This document shows, one piece after another, positions 26,632 to 32,000 of a stretch of DNA of 32,000 bases (its first letter is position 1; every line of letters starts with the position of its first letter). The stretch lies in the NCBI GenBank assembly GCA_029269845.2, contig CP149973.1:390001-422000 (forward strand). The letters are read 5' to 3'. Both the position numbers and the translations under genes were made by a program. Under the pieces are notes generated by a model. The model was not told the origin of the DNA. It ran no database searches and saw only the letters and a list, made by a program, of their open reading frames with translations. The DNA comes from Opitutia bacterium KCR 482. Its GTDB lineage: Bacteria; Verrucomicrobiota; Verrucomicrobiia; Opitutales; Intestinicryptomonadaceae.

Positions 26632-26659
26632 TTGAACGCCCGAAGGTTTTCGGTAGAAA
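26632..26659 (+). promoter_or_regulatory. sigma70-type promoter candidate for trpS (near-leaderless)
   Basis: TTGAAC (26632-26637), a 16-nt spacer, TAGAAA (26654-26659), then 11 nt, then ATG at 26671. The spacer holds the palindrome CCGAAGgtTTTCGG. The geometry matches, and the sequence is similar to, the promoter candidate at 3603. Confidence 0.35.
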
Positions 26660-26670
26660 CGAACTCAATA

Positions 26671-27684
26671 ATGAGCACTGAACCCGAAAATAGAAAAGTG
26701 GTTTTGACCGCCGCGCAGCCGACGGGAAAACTCCATCTCGGCAACTACCTCGGCGCGGTCAAGAACTGGGGCGAATTAGTGGAAAACAACGACTGCTACT
26801 TCGGCGTCGCCGACATGCACGCAATCACAATTCCCTACGTTCCCGCCGACCTCAAAAAGAATGTCTACGACTGCGTGGCGCAGTTCATGGCGTGCGGACT
26901 CGACGCCGAAAAATGCAACCTTTTCGTGCAAAGCTCGATTGTCGGGCACGCCGAACTTGCGTGGATTCTCGGCTGCATCTGTCCGCTCGGACAGCTCGAA
27001 AGAATGACGCAGTTCAAGGACAAGGCGGCAAAGCACAAAGACGCGCTCAACAGCGGCCTGCTCTACTATCCCGTCCTGATGGCGTCCGACATTCTCATCT
27101 ACAACGCCGACATTATTCCCGTCGGCGAAGACCAAAAACAGCATATCGAGCTTACGAGAGACCTCGCGCAGAAATTCAACTCGAAATACTCCGACACATT
27201 CAAAATGCCCGAACCGTTCATTCCGAAATCGGGCGCAAGAATAATGTCGCTACAATCGCCCGACTCCAAGATGTCGAAGTCGGACCCCAACCAGAACGGC
27301 ACGCTCTACATTGTGGACGAACCGAATGTCCTCGCAAAAAAGATTATGTCGGCGGTTACCGATTCGGGCGGCGAAGTGCGCTTCGACCCCGCGAACAAGG
27401 CGGGCGTCTCGAACCTCATGGGCATAATGGCGTCGCTTTCGGGCATGTCGTACACGCAGATTGAGGACGAATTCAGGGGCAAGGGATACGGCGATTTCAA
27501 AAAGGCGGTCGCCGACGTCGTGGTCGAAAAGCTCGCGCCCGTGCGCGAAAGATACCTTGAAATCTCCGCCGACAAACGCCTCGTCGAAGCCGCCGTCAAG
27601 CGCGGCAACGAAGCCGCGCAACGCCGCGTGAACAAAACGATGGCAAAAGTCTACCGCAAGGTCGGTTTTCTCAGATTCGAATAG
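26671..27684 (+). CDS. trpS: tryptophan--tRNA ligase
   Basis: I chose the ATG at 26671. The sequence has QPTGKLHLGNYLGA (HIGH-type) and KMSKSDP (KMSKS). The track start at 26629 is a TTG extension. Confidence 0.96.
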   Translation: MSTEPENRKVVLTAAQPTGKLHLGNYLGAVKNWGELVENNDCYFGVADMHAITIPYVPADLKKNVYDCVAQFMACGLDAEKCNLFVQSSIVGHAELAWILGCICPLGQLERMTQFKDKAAKHKDALNSGLLYYPVLMASDILIYNADIIPVGEDQKQHIELTRDLAQKFNSKYSDTFKMPEPFIPKSGARIMSLQSPDSKMSKSDPNQNGTLYIVDEPNVLAKKIMSAVTDSGGEVRFDPANKAGVSNLMGIMASLSGMSYTQIEDEFRGKGYGDFKKAVADVVVEKLAPVRERYLEISADKRLVEAAVKRGNEAAQRRVNKTMAKVYRKVGFLRFE

Positions 27685-27696
27685 CAAGGGCAGAAA

Positions 27697-29286
27697 ATGA
27701 AAAATTCCAAAATTCCGCTTTACATCGCCGACGCGCTTCTGGTTTTGCTCGCGCTGACTGTCGCGCTCCGACAGGGGGCGAACCTCGGCGCGGCGCAGGC
27801 TCTGCTGTGCTGCCTTGCGGTATTTGCGGGAATGGCACTCGCGCTCGCGCCCTACGTTTTGGAATACAAGCTCGAAGCCTCGAAAAGATTTGAACACACG
27901 CAGGAGGCGCGCAAGAATTTCGAAATAGTTTTCGACGACCTCGCGTCTCTCAGGCTTGCGCTCGCCGAACTTGTCGAACGCGTCGAAAACGGCGAGGAGA
28001 AACTCTCCGACCTCCCCGCGCTCCAAAAAGGGCTTGTCGATTTGAGGGACGCCGCAAAGCGCAAATTCGGCGAAATTGCCGACTCCGCCGACGACCTCGC
28101 CGCCCGCGTCTCGAAAGCCGAAAGCGAGCGCAAGGCGCAAAAAACCGCGCTTGAAGAAATCGGCGCAGACATGGTCGTGATTAAAGAGCTGTTCTCCGCC
28201 TCGCAGGAGTCCGACGGCGACGAATTCGCGCAAATCCGCGCCCAAATAACGGAGCTTAAAGACGAAATTCTCAAACTCCGCGAAGCGCAAATCAAACACC
28301 GCTCAACCGTAGAGCCTCAAAAACTTTCCGCGCCCGAACCCGACACCGCAACGACCGAAGAACCGCAGTCCGCAACGACCGAAGAACCGCAGTCCGCAAC
28401 GACCGAAGACGGCGAAGGGAAAGCCGGCAACTCCGTAGAAGACGGCGCAACGCAAAGCGCGGAAGCCGCAGAGGCAAACGCGGAATTTTCGCCCGCAAAA
28501 ATCCTCGCGGGCGGACTCCTCAAACGCGCGCTCGAACACGCGGAAGACACAAAGGCGTCGGTCGAAAAATTCGTGAACATGGGCGCGAAAAAAGACGCGA
28601 CCTCCCCGTCCGACGCCGAAAGCTTCGAAGAGCCTTTCGACCAAGACGGCGAAAAGCTCGGAAGCTTCGCGGACGAAGCCCCCGCCTCTCCCGAATTGAC
28701 GAACGCAGAAGCGCAAGCCATTTCAAGCGGCGCGGAAACTCCGCCCGCGCCCGCCGCCCCCCAAACCGCCCCGATTTCAGAGAAAGCCCCCGAAATCGAA
28801 GCCGCAACGGATTCGCCCGAAGACGCGGACGAGGATTTTTTTGAGCGGGCGGATTCGCCGCTGAAAGTCGAATCCGCACAAAAACCGCAACAAGAGACTC
28901 CCCCAGCTCCTCCGCCGGCCGACACGCAGAGCGCGGAAGCCGCAAAAAATTCCGAAAACCTGCTTTTCGACGACCTCCCCATTTCGCGCGAATCGCCCGT
29001 CAAGCCCAAGAAAGGCGACGCGGTGGTTGTCGTAAACGCGCTAATCGGCATAGGCAACAAGCCGTTCCTGCGCGGAAACGGCGCGGGGCTGTCGCCCGTC
29101 AGGGGCACGCCGATGGACTACCTCGAAATCGGGAAATGGCGCTACGTTTTCCCCGCTTTCGACGGCAAAATAAACTTTTCGGTGCTCAAAAACGACGAAG
29201 TTCCGCCCAACGGAGAATCGGAATTTTCAATTTCGGCGGGCGAAAAAACGGAGCTTAACCTGTTCTTCCCCCTTGAACAAATCTGA
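27697..29286 (+). CDS. membrane-anchored coiled-coil protein with an acidic/Pro-rich disordered region and a small C-terminal beta-rich domain; function unknown
   Basis: Two N-terminal hydrophobic helices are present (IPLYIADALLVLLALTVAL; ALLCCLAVFAGMALALAPYVL). A heptad-like segment covers residues of about 60-200. An E/P/A/T-rich tract contains TTEEPQSA x2.6. The C-terminal roughly 100 aa are ordered. AAGGG lies 7 nt upstream of the ATG, 12 bp after the trpS stop. Confidence 0.8.
   Translation: MKNSKIPLYIADALLVLLALTVALRQGANLGAAQALLCCLAVFAGMALALAPYVLEYKLEASKRFEHTQEARKNFEIVFDDLASLRLALAELVERVENGEEKLSDLPALQKGLVDLRDAAKRKFGEIADSADDLAARVSKAESERKAQKTALEEIGADMVVIKELFSASQESDGDEFAQIRAQITELKDEILKLREAQIKHRSTVEPQKLSAPEPDTATTEEPQSATTEEPQSATTEDGEGKAGNSVEDGATQSAEAAEANAEFSPAKILAGGLLKRALEHAEDTKASVEKFVNMGAKKDATSPSDAESFEEPFDQDGEKLGSFADEAPASPELTNAEAQAISSGAETPPAPAAPQTAPISEKAPEIEAATDSPEDADEDFFERADSPLKVESAQKPQQETPPAPPPADTQSAEAAKNSENLLFDDLPISRESPVKPKKGDAVVVVNALIGIGNKPFLRGNGAGLSPVRGTPMDYLEIGKWRYVFPAFDGKINFSVLKNDEVPPNGESEFSISAGEKTELNLFFPLEQI
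28348..28410 (+). repeat. 24-bp perfect in-frame tandem repeat, 2.6 copies (GCAACGACCGAAGAACCGCAGTCC)
   Basis: The copies sit at 28348-28371, 28372-28395 and 28396-28410 (partial). They encode ATTEEPQS repeats within the 529-aa protein. Confidence 0.95.
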
Positions 29287-29295
29287 CAATTTAAC

Positions 29296-30066
29296 ATGCT
29301 AAGCGTAAGAATCATACCATGCCTCGACGTACACGCAGGACGCGTAGTCAAGGGCGTAAATTTCGTAAACCTCATCGACGCGGGAGACCCCGTCGAACAA
29401 GCGAAAGCCTACGAAGCGCAGGGCGCGGACGAACTCGTGTTTCTCGACATAACGGCGTCGAGCGACAAACGCGCAATCATGCTTGACGTAGTTGAGCGCA
29501 CGGCGTCGCAGTGCTTCATGCCGCTGACGGTAGGCGGCGGGCTTCGCACGGTTGAGGACATCAGAAAAATGCTAAACGCGGGCGCGGACAAAGTTTCGCT
29601 GAACACCGCCGCAATCCTCAACCCCGACTTGGTTTCGGAAGCGTCGGCAAAATTCGGCAACCAGTGCATAGTTGTGGCAATCGACGCAAAAAAAACGGGC
29701 GACAACAAGTGGAACGTCTTTACCCACGGCGGCAGAAACAGGACAGAGCTTAACGCGGTGGAATGGGCAAGGGAAGTCGAACGGCGCGGCGCGGGCGAAA
29801 TTCTGCTCACTTCCATGGACGCCGACGGCACGAAGGACGGCTACGACATTCCCCTTACAAAGGCGGTCTCCGACGCCGTTTCGATTCCCGTGATCGCATC
29901 GGGAGGCGCGGGCAACCTGCAACACCTCGTTGACGCAGTGAAGCTCGGCGGGGCAAACGCGGTGCTTGCGGCGTCGATTTTCCACTTCGGGACATACTCG
30001 ATAGAACAGGCGAAAGACGCTCTCATCGCGGCTGGGCTTCCCGCAAGAAAGATCAAAAAATCCTAA
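29296..30066 (+). CDS. hisF: imidazole glycerol phosphate synthase, cyclase subunit
   Basis: The 256-aa product contains [30 protein letters not shown] and LTVGGG. No other his genes are in the window. Confidence 0.96.
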   Translation: MLSVRIIPCLDVHAGRVVKGVNFVNLIDAGDPVEQAKAYEAQGADELVFLDITASSDKRAIMLDVVERTASQCFMPLTVGGGLRTVEDIRKMLNAGADKVSLNTAAILNPDLVSEASAKFGNQCIVVAIDAKKTGDNKWNVFTHGGRNRTELNAVEWAREVERRGAGEILLTSMDADGTKDGYDIPLTKAVSDAVSIPVIASGGAGNLQHLVDAVKLGGANAVLAASIFHFGTYSIEQAKDALIAAGLPARKIKKS

Positions 30067-30094
30067 TTTCAAGCAAAAAAAACAACACATAAAA

Positions 30095-30128
30095 CGGCAA
30101 ACGTTTTGCGGCGTTTGCCGAATTTTTA
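30095..30128 (+). terminator. rho-independent terminator after hisF
   Basis: CGGCAAACG-ttttgcgg-CGTTTGCCG is a perfect 9-bp stem followed by AATTTTTA. Confidence 0.75.
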
Positions 30129-30149
30129 TAAATTCGAAAGAAGACAAAC

Positions 30150-31166
30150 ATGGAATTCAAAGATTTTGCAGCCCTTCAAGGCGCGCTCGAAATGCCCTCG
30201 GCATACAAAAGCATTCGCGAACTATCGCCGCTGTCGGCGGGAACCAAGTTCTGGGCGATTGTCCGCGTTTTGGCGAACGCCCCCAAGCTCGACAAAAACG
30301 GCTCTACCTACTACATCTTGGAAATGGGCGACGCCACGGGAACGTGCGCGTCGGCGGTTTTCGGGCGCAACCCCGTTTTCCCGGAAATCACGAACGTCCG
30401 CGCGGGCGACATTTTGAGCATTTCGGGAAGCGTTGCCTTCTACAACAACAACTTCCGCCCCGAAATTTCGGAAGTCTATAAAAAGGACGCGGAATTTGCC
30501 GAGCACATGGGAAAGCCGCTCGTCCCCGTGTCGCCATACGACCCCGACAAAATGCTCGCCGAGCTTGACGAAATCATAAACGCCGAAATCAAAGACCCCA
30601 AGCTCGCCGAGCTTGTGAAGGACATTCTCGGCGAACACGCAAAGGCGTTCAGAGAAAGCACTGCGGCAATCAAGGTGCACCACAACTACAAGTACGGACT
30701 GCTTGAACACACGCTGCACGTGGCAAAAAACGCGGTCGCAATGGCGCGGAACTACCCGAATGTAAACGCGTCGCTGGCGGCGGCGGGCGCGATTCTCCAC
30801 GACATCGGGAAAATCGAGGAATACTCGACGGGGCTTGAAACCGACAAGACCCGCGCGGGCAATTTGCAGTCGCACATGGCTCTCGGCTACGCGATAGTGC
30901 GGAACGCGGCGATAAAAGTAGGCGTGCCCGAAAAACTTAGGCAAGAAATTGAGCACATAATTTTAAGCCACCACGGAAAGCTCGAATACGGGGCGGTAGT
31001 GCTTCCGCAAACGCCTGAGGCGATGATTGTGCACGCGGCCGACATGGCGGACGCATTTATCGGAATGGTCGCAACTTGCGAGCGCAATTCGAACGGGCGC
31101 GAATTCAGCGACTACATTCCCGCATACGGCTGCAACATTCTGCTCGACAGATACCAAGCGCAATAA
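30150..31166 (+). CDS. yhaM: OB-fold + HD-domain 3'-5' exoribonuclease (YhaM-like)
   Basis: The N-terminal OB-like segment (WAIVRVLANAPKLDKNGSTYYILEMGDATG) is followed by HD motifs (KVHHNYKYGLLEHTLHV ... AGAILHDIGK ... ILSHHG). These parallel B. subtilis YhaM as I recall it. Confidence 0.82.
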   Translation: MEFKDFAALQGALEMPSAYKSIRELSPLSAGTKFWAIVRVLANAPKLDKNGSTYYILEMGDATGTCASAVFGRNPVFPEITNVRAGDILSISGSVAFYNNNFRPEISEVYKKDAEFAEHMGKPLVPVSPYDPDKMLAELDEIINAEIKDPKLAELVKDILGEHAKAFRESTAAIKVHHNYKYGLLEHTLHVAKNAVAMARNYPNVNASLAAAGAILHDIGKIEEYSTGLETDKTRAGNLQSHMALGYAIVRNAAIKVGVPEKLRQEIEHIILSHHGKLEYGAVVLPQTPEAMIVHAADMADAFIGMVATCERNSNGREFSDYIPAYGCNILLDRYQAQ

Positions 31167-31434
31167 GTCGCGCCCTCCCCTCCGCGCGTACACCCTCCGC
31201 GCGGGGAAAACCCGATTTCCGACGGCAACGCGCAGGCGTCGCCGCCAACGTGCCCCTGCGTACGAATAAAAGCTCCCCTCCGCGCAAAATTCGGCATTTA
31301 GCCTAAAATCTCAAAAAATCGGTTTCTTGCGCAATAAAAATCTTGAAAATATGGGCACTCTGCGCCATATAAGGGGGAATATACACTTAAAAAACGGCGG
31401 AATAGTCCGTACTTTTCACAAAGAAGAAATTGCC

Positions 31435-32000
31435 ATGTCATCTATAAATAAAGAAGCAGCATTAAGATACCACAGCGAAGGCAAGCGCGGAAAAATAGAA
31501 ATCGTGCCGACAAAGCCGCACGCCACGCAGGAAGACCTGTCGCTGGCGTACACCCCCGGGGTCGCCGAACCCTGTCTGGAAATCCAGAAAAATCCCGCCG
31601 ACGCCTACAAATACACGGGCAAGGGAAACCTTGTCGCGGTAATTTCCAACGGAACAGCCGTTTTGGGACTCGGAAACATCGGCGCTCTCGCGGGCAAACC
31701 CGTTATGGAGGGGAAGGCGCTGCTCTTCAAAGTATTCTCTGGGTTGGACTCGTTCGACATCGAAGTCGCGGAAACAAACGTCGATAAGTTCGTGGACGCG
31801 GTCAAGGCAATCGCGCCGACATTCGGGGGAATCAACCTCGAAGACATCAAAGCGCCCGAATGCTTCGAAATAGAGCGCAGGCTCAAAGAAGAACTCGACA
31901 TTCCCGTCATGCACGACGACCAGCACGGAACGTCGATAATCACGGGAGCGGCGCTGCTCAACGCGCTCGAAATTGCGGGCAAGAAAATCGGCGAAGTGAA
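31435..32000 (+). CDS. maeB: NADP-dependent malic enzyme, 3'-truncated by the window edge
   Basis: This gene is not in the ORF track because it has no stop in the window. My hand translation from ATG 31435 is [111 protein letters not shown]. This is a canonical malic-enzyme N-terminus. Confidence 0.92.
   Translation, partial: MSSINKEAALRYHSEGKRGKIEIVPTKPHATQEDLSLAYTPGVAEPCLEIQKNPADAYKYTGKGNLVAVISNGTAVLGLGNIGALAGKPVMEGKALLFKVFSGLDSFDIEVAETNVDKFVDAVKAIAPTFGGINLEDIKAPECFEIERRLKEELDIPVMHDDQHGTSIITGAALLNALEIAGKKIGEV

Noticed and set aside
27250-28299. A 349-aa minus-strand ORF overlapping trpS and the 529-aa gene. Similar antisense ORFs lie at 25710..26681, 15782..16738, 13267..14217, 8947..9750 and 9883..10737
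   Set aside because: All lie opposite strongly supported genes. Where I checked the one at 27250..28299, it was in codon register with the overlapping 529-aa gene. They have Arg-rich, non-protein-like composition. I see no independent promoter, SD or terminator evidence for them.
31462-31982. Minus-strand ORFs of 154 aa and 125 aa near the window end
   Set aside because: They are antisense to an unmistakable malic-enzyme N-terminus on the plus strand. That gene is missing from the track only because it has no in-window stop.
1-32000. The window as a defence island, prophage or integrative element
   Set aside because: There are no integrases, recombinases, phage structural genes, restriction-modification genes, toxin-antitoxin pairs, or NTPase-nuclease pairs. 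The only nuclease-like genes (yraN, uvrB, yhaM-like) are conserved housekeeping types in ordinary contexts. Composition is uniform apart from the tract inside the Sel1 gene.

Overview
This is a chromosomal window of roughly 55-60% GC by eye from a Gram-negative bacterium. Housekeeping genes are interleaved with large secreted glycoside hydrolases and Sel1-repeat proteins. My guess is a PVC-type organism (Verrucomicrobiota, Lentisphaerota or Kiritimatiellota), but this is a guess only. The confident calls are panB, birA, metF, alr, yraN, folC, uvrB, a HAD-IA hydrolase, trpS, hisF, a yhaM-like OB+HD nuclease, and the 5' end of a malic enzyme that runs off the window and is absent from the ORF track. 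Other calls are a 5'-truncated AsmA-family protein, a stand-alone SET-domain methyltransferase, a GH2 beta-galactosidase, a GH78-like rhamnosidase-family enzyme, a clan GH-A (GH42/GH5-like) enzyme, two secreted Sel1-repeat proteins (1078 and 277 aa), an 813-aa secreted protein of unknown function, and a 529-aa membrane-anchored coiled-coil/acidic protein. A 33-codon bS22-type ribosomal protein gene lies below the ORF-track cutoff. I see no tRNA or rRNA genes, CRISPR array, integrase, transposase, toxin-antitoxin pair or recognisable defence genes. I therefore cannot support a discrete novel multi-gene system here. The points most worth a second look are these. A 157-bp imperfect tandem repeat with internal co-varying sub-repeats sits between the GH-A gene and a terminator. 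Near-consensus sigma70-type promoters sit 7-11 nt from start codons, suggesting leaderless or near-leaderless mRNAs, and two of them share a palindrome-containing module. The remaining points are the SET enzyme packed behind panB, the 813-aa unknown secreted protein, a low-GC tract inside the giant Sel1 gene, and the trpS-X-hisF gene of unknown function. The many long antisense ORFs are codon-register shadows and are rejected.
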